A program made the translations under genes and the position numbers. From positions 1 through 24,335 of the forward strand of contig JAWXBZ010000194.1 in NCBI GenBank assembly GCA_034440375.1: DNA of 24,335 bases, written 5' to 3'. Shown here piece after piece: positions 1 to 8,037 of this stretch (the stretch's first letter is position 1; each line of letters begins with the position of its first letter). Source of the DNA: Candidatus Eiseniibacteriota bacterium (GTDB lineage: Bacteria; Eisenbacteria; RBG-16-71-46; JABDJR01; JAWXBZ01). The notes beneath the pieces are model-generated. The model worked only from the letters and a program-made list of their open reading frames with translations, did no database searches and was not told the DNA's origin.

Positions 1-2028
1 CGGCACCCGGGTGCCGCGGGACGCACGGCCATCCTTGAATGCCAGGCCAACGGGAGGGAAGGTGACGTCGAGAAAATTGCTGCGACCGAGTTCGCTGTGG
101 ACCAGGAGCGCGTCGGATGCCGCCACCTCGACAATGGCGGCGGCCGATTCCTCGCCCAGCCGGACCAGCCTGTCGTACCCCTGCACCCAGGCCCCCGGCA
201 GGATCGTGTAGCGTGTTTCGACAAAAGCCATCCCCGATTTGGCGGTCAGTCCGTAAATCTCGTAGAAGAGATCGAGCTGTTTGTCGTCGCCAACCAGGCG
301 CAGCGGATTTGGAATGTAGCGCGCGCCCAGGCGTGTCACGGCGGATGGGATGTCGGCGGATTCGGATCGGAGCGTCAGGTCCAGGTCGCTGATGATCGGC
401 ACGGGCGCCGGATCGTAGTCGCGGATATCGACCGGGCCGGTGAAAACGCCATGCTGCTTTCGGTCCTTGTCCTCCACGTAGCCCGTGACCGTATACCGTC
501 CCGGGTTCAATTCCCAGATCTGGTTGAGCAGCAGGGCATCCACTCCGCCGTCAAACATCGACACGACATCCTCGCGCGTGGCCCGATGCTTCACCTGCCG
601 GACGATGGCCCGCGTCGTATCCCGAACGATGATCTCCATGAAAACGGCGTCGAGCCAGCGGCCATCGCCGAGAGGGCGCCATAGGGGAATGCCGAGGTAG
701 GCGTTGACGCGATCGCGTCCCGGCTGGCCGATGACCCCCACTGTGGTCAGCGACAGGTATCGAAGCGGCCCCGGAGGAGCTTCATGGAAGACCACCGGCG
801 AGGCCCTGCGGAGCACGTCGAGCGCCCTGACCGTGCTGTCGTCCGCGCGAAAATCACCGTTCAGGTTCCGGTCCTCGAAGCGCAGCCTCATGGCCAGGCC
901 CCGGAACTGGTACTTCCATGTCCAGGCCGATGGGGAGAGGCTGATATGGGGCGTCTGGCGCGCTCCGGAACCGGTTATCACGATTTCTCCCGGATCGAAT
1001 TCATACGTCTGGGGCGCGCCATACCCGATGAACGACTTGCCAGGTTCGGTGTCCCAGCCCCGGAGCCCCCTTTCGGGTTTTCCGAACAGAAAGTCCGCCA
1101 TGGCCAGCCGCTTCCAGATTTCCAGATGGTTTTCATTCAGATCGGTCAGCGGCGTCGGATCGTGGTGCCTCCAGTAAACGCGATCGTAGGTGGCCCGACT
1201 GGAGTCGGCGCGAGTCTCAAGGGCCTTGAGCGCCGCCACGGGCGCCGTCCAGCGGGAGGACAGAAATGCTTCGCGAACGTCCGCCGGGGCCATGGAAAGG
1301 GCGCGCTCAAATTCGGCTGCCGCGAGATCATGCTGCCCGATATCCATACAGTGGACGGCCACAAGCAGACGCGCCGCGAGATCGCTCGAATCACGCTCGA
1401 TGATCTGTCGCGCCTGCGCCATCCCCTGCCGGGTCATGCCTGGCGAGTCCCCCTCTGGCAGCCCGGCGGCCATGCCGAGGGCCAGCGAACTGTAGAAGAG
1501 CGCCTCGCGATCGTGAGGCGAAAGGACGAGCGCCGGACGGAGCGAGTCCAGCATCCGGCGGGTCAGTGTGAGGTCGTAGTGGTAGAGGAGATCCTGCAAC
1601 CAGAGCCGGGCGATTCCGACCCGCGCCTCGACGTCCTCTGGATCGAGCTCCACCAGCCGTTCCAGGGATTGGCGTGCCTGTGAGGGCTGCTGACACGCTT
1701 CATAGATGGCGGAGCGATCACGGTGGTAGCGGATCTCGCGATCGTAGACGTGGCGAATATTTTCCAGCATCTGGAGTGCCAGGGTGCGATCCTCGATGGT
1801 CCCCATGGCGGCGAGCGAGAGAGCCAGCTCGTACTTGAGCGAATCGTTCCCGGCGTCATGGCGCAGGGCCCTGCGCGCTTCCTTGAGGCGGGCGGACGCG
1901 GCGGGATCACCAACGCGCTTTGCCGCGCGGGCCGGGGGATTCGGGACGAGGCCACTCATGACCAACAGGACGACCAGAATCGGCGCCAGCACCAGAGTTC
2001 GATGCGACAAACTCATTTGATACCGCAT
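1..2028 (-). CDS. GWxTD domain-containing exported protein with N-terminal TPR-like helices (partial, 3' end beyond window)
   Basis: Not in the ORF track because it has no stop inside the window. My manual translation is open from ATG 2028 (alternative ATGs 2016, 2043) to base 1. It has a signal peptide (MSLSHRTLVLAPILVVLLVMSGLVPNPPARA), TPR-like helices (LERLVELDPEDVEARVGIARL) and the GWxTD core YWRHHDPTPLTDLNENHLEIWKRLAMADFLFG...RGWDTEPGKSFIGYGAP. The C-terminal beta region includes PIISDL and LDLFYEIYGL. Confidence 0.85.
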   Translation of the reverse strand, partial: MRYQMSLSHRTLVLAPILVVLLVMSGLVPNPPARAAKRVGDPAASARLKEARRALRHDAGNDSLKYELALSLAAMGTIEDRTLALQMLENIRHVYDREIRYHRDRSAIYEACQQPSQARQSLERLVELDPEDVEARVGIARLWLQDLLYHYDLTLTRRMLDSLRPALVLSPHDREALFYSSLALGMAAGLPEGDSPGMTRQGMAQARQIIERDSSDLAARLLVAVHCMDIGQHDLAAAEFERALSMAPADVREAFLSSRWTAPVAALKALETRADSSRATYDRVYWRHHDPTPLTDLNENHLEIWKRLAMADFLFGKPERGLRGWDTEPGKSFIGYGAPQTYEFDPGEIVITGSGARQTPHISLSPSAWTWKYQFRGLAMRLRFEDRNLNGDFRADDSTVRALDVLRRASPVVFHEAPPGPLRYLSLTTVGVIGQPGRDRVNAYLGIPLWRPLGDGRWLDAVFMEIIVRDTTRAIVRQVKHRATREDVVSMFDGGVDALLLNQIWELNPGRYTVTGYVEDKDRKQHGVFTGPVDIRDYDPAPVPIISDLDLTLRSESADIPSAVTRLGARYIPNPLRLVGDDKQLDLFYEIYGLTAKSGMAFVETRYTILPGAWVQGYDRLVRLGEESAAAIVEVAASDALLVHSELGRSNFLDVTFPPVGLAFKDGRASRGTRVP

Positions 2029-2191
2029 GGGGCATTGGAGCATGTTTTGCGGGAAGTTGGCTACCGGGTCCTCTGATCAAGCATCCGCCTCCGGCGATCG
2101 GCCAGGAAGCTGGATCCAACATCCCGGCTGGACAACTTGACCACGATTCGGTCTATCCTTTCCGCCACACCGCTGTCCGGAGGAATGTTTC

Positions 2192-4150
2192 ATGGTTCAC
2201 CTTTCGATCCGCCTCTTTCGATGTCGTCAGTTCCAGACCGCTCTGCTGCTGGTTGGCGGCATCCTGCTTTCACCACTCGCCCCAACCGCCCGCGCCCAGG
2301 ATTTCCGCGTCCTGGAGGACACGACGACCGTGGTGCCAGACGCCAATATCGTCCTTGGCGCCACGCCGCCGCAACTCCTGGTGCCGCGCGTCCTCCTGGC
2401 CGGCGACAGCTGGGCCCAGTACATGTGGGATGACGGGTCGCACAATGACAATTTCGACCGCTTCGGCTTCGAGGATCGGCGGGCGGTAAGCCTGTCGCTT
2501 GGCAGCGATCCGGGGCCGGGGCACGTTGGCCCGGAGTACTCGGTGTCAGGCAGTGAGGCCCGGCAGTGGGCCGATACGGTCAATTATCCCTGGATCGCGA
2601 ACATGGTGGCGGCACTCCAGGCCAACCCGACGATCGAGCTCGTCGTCCTCTCCATCGGCGGCAACGACGTCCTGGCCGGAAAGCCGGGAGGCGGCTGGTA
2701 CAAGCAGATGGACCTGGACGTCCCGGGGTCGGAAGCGGCCTTCTTCGACCGGTTGGAAGATGACACCTTCGCCGTCATCAATGCGGCACTGGCTGTCCGA
2801 CCATCGATTCGAGTGCTGATCTCCAGCTATGAATACCCGAACTTCAATGTCGGATTCTGGTGCTTCCTCTACGCCTGCCCAAAGCGCCGCGATCTCTCCC
2901 GCGATCCGAACAGCGCGCTGATCAGCGACATCGAACTCAACGACATGATGAAGCGGACCGAAGAGCGCCGGATTGGCTGGGTGTCGTCAAACCCGCGGCT
3001 GCTGTTCGACCACAGCATCGGGCTGATGCACTGGTACCACGGCGATGGGCAGACGGGGCCGCGCCTGCTTCCCTATCCAGGACAGACACCTCCGAATTTT
3101 GCCCCCTTTCCGGGAGGCAACCCGCTGCGGCCCACCCTGCGCGCTGATTTCCGGAGGCCGAATGGTGTCGATGCCGATCCGATTCATCTCAACGTCGCCG
3201 GTTACCAGGACAAGATCGCCAACCAGGCGACGAGCCTGTTCGTGCCCTGGTTTCGAGGCGGGATACTGGAAACAGTGGTGGCCACCGGCGGTAACCTGGA
3301 TGGTTGGACCGATGGGGTAACCCTGGGAACGAGCGGCATCCGCGCCGGGGACACCGGCACGCTCCCTCTCTGCGGAATTCTATCGTTCGACACCAGCGTC
3401 ATCCCCGACGGGGCCAGCGTCACCGGTGCCTCGCTCTACCTGACCAGGGATTCGTTGACCGGCACCAATCCGTTCACGTCCGGAACCCTCGGAATGCCGA
3501 CGATCGATGTCCGTCGGGGTACCTTCGGCGCGTCGGTAGTCGAGATTGGTGATGCCAGCGCTTCCGCGGATGCGGCCAATGCCGGGGTGGCGATCGGCTC
3601 GGTGAAGGGAAATGGCTATGCCCTGCGAATCGACATGGATGTCAGCGGATTGGCGGCGATCAATGATGTCGGCCTGACCCAGTTTCGCCTCTCCTTTCCG
3701 ACGGTCTCGAGCGGCACGGCGGCGGATTACATCACGTTTCGCGATGGCGAATCGCCGCCACCTCCCGCCACGGAACCCTCCACGCTGGCCGAGTTCATGG
3801 GGACATCGGCACCGTTCCTCGACCTCTCCTATCTCGTGCCGTCCGGCGTCGAGGATCCGGAGATGGCCCCGCCGATCGTCCTGCGCGGCGCCTCTCCCAA
3901 CCCGTTCAGGGCCGCCACCACGATCCGATTTCGCCTGGGCTTTGCCGGTCCGGCCCGGCTCGACGTCTTCGACGTGACCGGCCGCCGGGTCGTCACGTTG
4001 CTCGAGCAGGTCTTGCCGGCCGGTGAGCAGGGCGTGACCTGGGACGGGAGAAATGGAAGGGGAGAAGCCATCGGCGCCGGGCTGTACTGGGTGCGATTGA
4101 CTTCGGGAGGCGTTACGCGCGGGCTTCGAGTGGCGCGAACGAGTCGCTAG
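2192..4150 (+). CDS. Secreted SGNH/GDSL-family hydrolase with central beta-sandwich and C-terminal FlgD-Ig-like (T9SS-CTD-like) domain
   Basis: GGAGGA at 2179-2184 lies 7 nt before the ATG, and the signal peptide ends ...ARA-Q. SGNH blocks are GDSW, SGSEA, GGND and DPIH. The tail is SPNPFRAATTIRF...LDVFDVTGRRVVTL...VTWDGRNGRG...GLYWVRL. Confidence 0.85.
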   Translation: MVHLSIRLFRCRQFQTALLLVGGILLSPLAPTARAQDFRVLEDTTTVVPDANIVLGATPPQLLVPRVLLAGDSWAQYMWDDGSHNDNFDRFGFEDRRAVSLSLGSDPGPGHVGPEYSVSGSEARQWADTVNYPWIANMVAALQANPTIELVVLSIGGNDVLAGKPGGGWYKQMDLDVPGSEAAFFDRLEDDTFAVINAALAVRPSIRVLISSYEYPNFNVGFWCFLYACPKRRDLSRDPNSALISDIELNDMMKRTEERRIGWVSSNPRLLFDHSIGLMHWYHGDGQTGPRLLPYPGQTPPNFAPFPGGNPLRPTLRADFRRPNGVDADPIHLNVAGYQDKIANQATSLFVPWFRGGILETVVATGGNLDGWTDGVTLGTSGIRAGDTGTLPLCGILSFDTSVIPDGASVTGASLYLTRDSLTGTNPFTSGTLGMPTIDVRRGTFGASVVEIGDASASADAANAGVAIGSVKGNGYALRIDMDVSGLAAINDVGLTQFRLSFPTVSSGTAADYITFRDGESPPPPATEPSTLAEFMGTSAPFLDLSYLVPSGVEDPEMAPPIVLRGASPNPFRAATTIRFRLGFAGPARLDVFDVTGRRVVTLLEQVLPAGEQGVTWDGRNGRGEAIGAGLYWVRLTSGGVTRGLRVARTSR

Positions 4151-4154
4151 TATC

Positions 4155-4453
4155 TATAACGGCCGCGGGAGTCCCCCACTAAGCAATCATCCCGCGGCCG
4201 CTCTTAACCACAGCCTGCCGGCGGTGGATTAACCATAAGATTTCCTGAAGGCCGGCCCGCCCAAGAGCCAAATAGCTAAGCTTCAATAGCCGCCTCCGTG
4301 GCTAAATCGGCACGGGCCAGCACTTCGGAAATCGAACACGCACTTCAGCGGAATCCCGCTGCAAATCGTTCCTTTGTGATGGCACCGATTTCATGCCGGC
4401 CTCCGCATCTCATCTCGTCGGGCCGGCGGCTCGAATCACCATCGTTACTGGAC
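4155..4453 (-). ncRNA. Candidate structured sRNA (or small-ORF transcript) downstream of a sigma54-type promoter
   Basis: About 300 nt between the -24/-12 element and the terminator hairpin, containing five stem-loops and lower GC than the flanking CDSs. It matches no RNA family I recognise. Confidence 0.4.
4160..4200. terminator. 11-bp inverted repeat, probable bidirectional terminator
   Basis: CGGCCGCGGGA (4160-4170) pairs with TCCCGCGGCCG (4190-4200), starting 10 nt after the SGNH stop. It is followed by CTCTT on + and TTATA on -, both weak U-tracts. Confidence 0.55.
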
Positions 4454-4462
4454 GGACTTACT

Positions 4463-4479
4463 AACAAGGCTCGTGCCAA
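4463..4479 (-). promoter_or_regulatory. Putative sigma54 (-24/-12) promoter
   Basis: Minus strand reads TTGGCACGAGCCTTGTT against consensus TGGCACGnnnnTTGCw, with GG-N10-GT (one mismatch at -12). Upstream are an IHF-like TACCAATCATTTA (4507-4519) and the palindrome CCCACGC-GA-GCGTGGG (4539-4554). Confidence 0.55.
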
Positions 4480-4673
4480 AGCCTTTCGTCATCTCCGGCA
4501 GCCGCTTAAATGATTGGTATCCAACACATTGAAGATGTCCCACGCGAGCGTGGGCTTGATGTCCGGGGAAAAATTCGGGGCGGGGTCCCGCGTCAATACT
4601 TCCGGGGTATGACGACATTACCGGACCGTCACCGGCAAGCACCTGGTCCCGGTTACCTGATAGATTGCCGCGC

Positions 4674-5735
4674 ATGACCGGTTCCCGCCTCCAGTTGATT
4701 CGCGATCTCGATGCCGGCTACTGCCTCGACCTGGTCCTCGTGTCGGCGGTGACGGCCGTGCTCAGCATTCGATTTGGACTCAGGCTGACCGGCTTTCCGC
4801 AGGTGTCTCTCGGCGAGATCCACATCGCGCACATGCTCTGGGGAGGCCTGCTCATGCTGGCCGCGATCGTGGTCCTCCTGTCTTACATTGGTCGGGGTGG
4901 GGATGAGGTGGCGGCTGTCATCGGCGGTCTCGGATTCGGCACGTTCATCGACGAGGTCGGCAAGTTCGTCACCCGTGACAACGACTACTTTTACCGACCG
5001 TCGGTGGCCATCATCTATGTGACGTTCATCATCGCCTGGATGGCCGTGCGTTCGATCCACCGGGAGCGGACCGCCTCAAAGGCGGAATATCTCGCCAACG
5101 CGATCATGATGCTGCGCAAGATGGCCACCAGCCCCCTGACAACCGAGGAGCGACTGAAAGCGCTCGATTACCTGAAGAAGAGCGACCCATCGCATCCGGC
5201 GGTTGTCCCGCTCCTGCGCTTCGTGGACAGCCTCCCCGAGGCACGCGGCGTGATGCCCGGCATCCTGGCGCGCACGCGTGTCCGACTGGCCGACGGTTAC
5301 CGCCGACTGGCCGGCCGGCCCCTCTTTGCAACCGCCATGACGGTATTCTTCGTCGGGCAGCTGGTTCTCAAACTATTGCAGGCGGCCCTGTTCGTCGGGG
5401 TTGATCGGCTCTCACCGGAAGTGGTCGCCCAGATCCCGTTCCTGCAGCCGGAATTGCTGGACGACCGTACGCGGGCCGAATGGGGCCAGCTCGGCTCATC
5501 GCTCCTTTCCGGTATTTTTGTGGTGCTTGGCGCCCTGGCCATTCGAAAAGACCGTCTCGGCGCCTTCCGGATGTTCCAGCGTTCGATCCTCGTCTCGATC
5601 TTCCTGACGCAGGTCTTCATGTTCTACCAGCGCCAGTGGGGAGCCCTGGCCGCCCTCGCCTTCAACCTCCTCGTCTTCCTGGCCCTGCGCTTCATGATCG
5701 AACGGGAGCGCGCCGCCCGGGAGAATTCCCCCTGA
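4674..5735 (+). CDS. Conserved uncharacterised integral membrane protein
   Basis: About 7-8 hydrophobic segments in two blocks, with motifs HIAHMLWGG and GFGTFIDEVGKFVTRDNDYF. ATG 4674 is preferred over TTG 4665 because it is preceded by TGa-TAGATT (4658-4666). Confidence 0.8.
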   Translation: MTGSRLQLIRDLDAGYCLDLVLVSAVTAVLSIRFGLRLTGFPQVSLGEIHIAHMLWGGLLMLAAIVVLLSYIGRGGDEVAAVIGGLGFGTFIDEVGKFVTRDNDYFYRPSVAIIYVTFIIAWMAVRSIHRERTASKAEYLANAIMMLRKMATSPLTTEERLKALDYLKKSDPSHPAVVPLLRFVDSLPEARGVMPGILARTRVRLADGYRRLAGRPLFATAMTVFFVGQLVLKLLQAALFVGVDRLSPEVVAQIPFLQPELLDDRTRAEWGQLGSSLLSGIFVVLGALAIRKDRLGAFRMFQRSILVSIFLTQVFMFYQRQWGALAALAFNLLVFLALRFMIERERAARENSP

Positions 5736-5811
5736 ATCACCGCAATGACCGTCAAATGTCATGGACTGGTGGAGGACGACGAGTAAGATACCGGTAGATC
5801 GGAATCGCGCC

Positions 5812-6768
5812 ATGAAACAATCTCCCCACGATTGGACCATCCTGCTCGCCGGCGGAAGCGGCACCCGGCTCTGCGGCTGGGCCGGACCGGATGATGGTGC
5901 CCACATCCCAAAGCCGTACCGTCGCCTTGTCCATGAGGAGGCACTCATCGATCAGGCCGTGGCCCGCGCCCGTCATCTGGGGCCGGCTTGCCGGCTCGTG
6001 CTCGTGGTTTCTGCCGAGCATGAATCCTGGTGGCGACCACGTCGGCCTCAGATTCCCGGGGTAACCTGGCTCGTGCAGCGAGACAACCGGGGGACCGGCG
6101 GCGCCATTCTTTCGGCCCTGAGCTTTCTCCTCATCAAGGATCCCGAAGCGGCGTTCACGCTCATGCCCGTTGATCAGGCAATCGACGACGAGGAGAACTT
6201 CCTGGCCGGCATCCGGCAGGGGCGCGAGGCCCTGACGCGCCACCCGGAACGAACCATCCTCCTGGGATCCGGGGACGACGGGGTAGACGACGGTTATGGC
6301 TGGATCGTGCCCGGCGAGACGTTGGAACCGGGGCTCCGAGGTGTCACACGATTCGTCGGCCGGGCCGAACCGGAGGAAGCCGGAATTCTCAGGCGATCGG
6401 GAGCGCTGGTCGACACGTTTCTCCTCGTCGGGGCCGCCCGGACCTTGATGGCCCAATTTCGTCGCGCCAGCCCGGAGCTGATCGAACGTTACCTGTCCAC
6501 CCTGCTGGACGTCGGCCCCGCGCCGGACTCCCTGATGCGACGGCAGGCCGCGCTCCCCATCCTTGATTTCGGGAGATGGTTCCTCGAACCGGCGGCGGCT
6601 CGCGGCGAACTGGCGGTGGCGACACTTCCGCCATGCGGGTGGGCCGATATTGGCACCCCCGAGCGGGTCGAGGCATGGCTCGACCGGCATCAATCGGTCA
6701 GAGCCGGCGTCGAAGCTCTCGAAGTGCCCGGGCGCGGTGGCTCAGGCTGGCCTTCTCGTCGACACTGA
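5812..6768 (+). CDS. Sugar-phosphate nucleotidyltransferase, mannose-1-phosphate guanylyltransferase-like, with degenerate motifs
   Basis: Motifs ILLAGGSGTRL, PKPY, NRGTGGAI, YGWI and GWADIGTPERV. Start is ATG 5812 or ATG 5761. No C-terminal cupin/PMI domain. Confidence 0.75.
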   Translation: MKQSPHDWTILLAGGSGTRLCGWAGPDDGAHIPKPYRRLVHEEALIDQAVARARHLGPACRLVLVVSAEHESWWRPRRPQIPGVTWLVQRDNRGTGGAILSALSFLLIKDPEAAFTLMPVDQAIDDEENFLAGIRQGREALTRHPERTILLGSGDDGVDDGYGWIVPGETLEPGLRGVTRFVGRAEPEEAGILRRSGALVDTFLLVGAARTLMAQFRRASPELIERYLSTLLDVGPAPDSLMRRQAALPILDFGRWFLEPAAARGELAVATLPPCGWADIGTPERVEAWLDRHQSVRAGVEALEVPGRGGSGWPSRRH

Positions 6769-7303
6769 GTTCGGCCATGGTCCGGCCAACTTCCGTCACA
6801 ACGAAAATCGGGTCATAGCCAAACCCCCCCACGCCTCGTGGCTCCCGGCTGATGCTCCCCTCGACGATTCCCTCGACATACTCGGGTTCGATTGTTCCGG
6901 GTAATGCCAGCGCCAGAACACAGCGGAATCGCGCCGTCCGGCGGGCGTCAGGTACCCCGTCCAGGGCCTTCAGGAGCTTTTGGATGTTCCCGGCCGGATT
7001 CGCGTCGGGACCGGCGTAGCGAGCGCTGTGCACGCCCGGTGCGCCGTCCAGTGCATCGACCTCGAGGCCCGTGTCGTCGGCCAGAGAAGGAAGACCCGTG
7101 ACAGCCAGTGCGGCCATGGCCTTTTGCCGGGCATTCTCCCGGCAGGTGGCCCCGGTCTCCGGGACGTCCACCGACTCCGGCCACTCGGAAACCGCCGACA
7201 GCAGGAGCGGCGGATCGAAGCCGGTCAGCCCCCCGGCCAGTTCAATAAGCTTGCCGGGATTGCGCGTGGCGACGACGAGGCGCGGAAACCTGGGGGAATT
7301 CAC
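6698..7303 (-). CDS. rdgB: Non-canonical purine NTP pyrophosphatase (RdgB/HAM1)
   Basis: Motifs ATRNPGK, ADDTGLEVDALDGAPGVHSARY, GFGYDPIF and SHRARA. GTGA overlap with the rph stop. Confidence 0.95.
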   Translation of the reverse strand: MNSPRFPRLVVATRNPGKLIELAGGLTGFDPPLLLSAVSEWPESVDVPETGATCRENARQKAMAALAVTGLPSLADDTGLEVDALDGAPGVHSARYAGPDANPAGNIQKLLKALDGVPDARRTARFRCVLALALPGTIEPEYVEGIVEGSISREPRGVGGFGYDPIFVVTEVGRTMAELSVDEKASLSHRARALRELRRRL

Positions 7304-8037
7304 GAATCCGCGACGGCCGGCAGGCCGAGAGCCTTTCGTTGCTTCACAAGCAGACGGCGGATTCCCGCGCGGCCCAGCCGGAGGAGCGCCGACAGTTCCT
7401 TGTCCGTGAAGGGCGTCGATTCGGCCGTCCCCTGCACCTCGACGAACAGGCCCGAGCCGGTCATGACGATGTTCATGTCGACGCCGGCCGCCGAGTCCTC
7501 CTCATAGTCGAGGTCAAGGCAGGGCGTGCCTGACACAAGGCCGACCGAAACCGCCGCCACCAGATCGCGCATGGGATGGTACGGTATCGTCCCCTGCTCG
7601 ACGAGATGGGTGAACGCCTGATGCAGGGCAACGCTGGCACCGTTGATGGCCGCGGTCCGCGTGCCGCCATCGGCCTCGAAGACATCGCAATCCAGCGTGA
7701 TGGAGCGCTCACCGAACGACGAAAGATCCGTAACTGCGCGGAGCGAGCGCCCGATCAAGCGCTGGATTTCAAGTGTTCGCCCACCCTGCTTTCCGAGTGA
7801 CGCCTCGCGGGTGATGCGGGTGTTCGACGAGCGCGGCAGCATGCCGTACTCCGCCGTCACCCACCCCTTGCCGGTGCCGCGCATCCAACCCGGAATGCGT
7901 TCCTCGATGGTGGCGGCGCAAAGAACCACGGTGCCCCCCATCTCGATACGCGCCGAACCCTCGGCGTGTCGAAACAGGCCGGTCGTCAGCTTGAGCGACC
8001 GAAGCTGATCCGGCCGGCGATCGTCGTGTCGCGTCAT
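7300..8037 (-). CDS. rph: Ribonuclease PH
   Basis: Motifs GWVTAEYGMLPRS, GRTLEIQRLIGRSLR, ADGGTRTAAING and DMNIVMTGSG.FVEVQGTAE. Confidence 0.97.
   Translation of the reverse strand: MTRHDDRRPDQLRSLKLTTGLFRHAEGSARIEMGGTVVLCAATIEERIPGWMRGTGKGWVTAEYGMLPRSSNTRITREASLGKQGGRTLEIQRLIGRSLRAVTDLSSFGERSITLDCDVFEADGGTRTAAINGASVALHQAFTHLVEQGTIPYHPMRDLVAAVSVGLVSGTPCLDLDYEEDSAAGVDMNIVMTGSGLFVEVQGTAESTPFTDKELSALLRLGRAGIRRLLVKQRKALGLPAVADS

Noticed and set aside
97-2076. Plus-strand ORFs (195, 299, 157, 117 aa etc.)
   Set aside because: Antisense shadows of the minus-strand GWxTD gene, with no recognisable motifs.
4150-4670. tmRNA (ssrA), SRP, 6S or RNase P RNA in the large intergenic region, prompted by smpB nearby
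   Set aside because: No tRNA-like GGGG.../TTCGA...CCA ends, no SRP GGAA-loop/AGCAG motif, no RNase P consensus and no single long 6S-like rod on either strand.
5745-5762. Palindrome ATGAC-N8-GTCAT upstream of the ManC-like gene
   Set aside because: Only 5-bp arms, a single copy and no cognate regulator in view; cannot be distinguished from chance.
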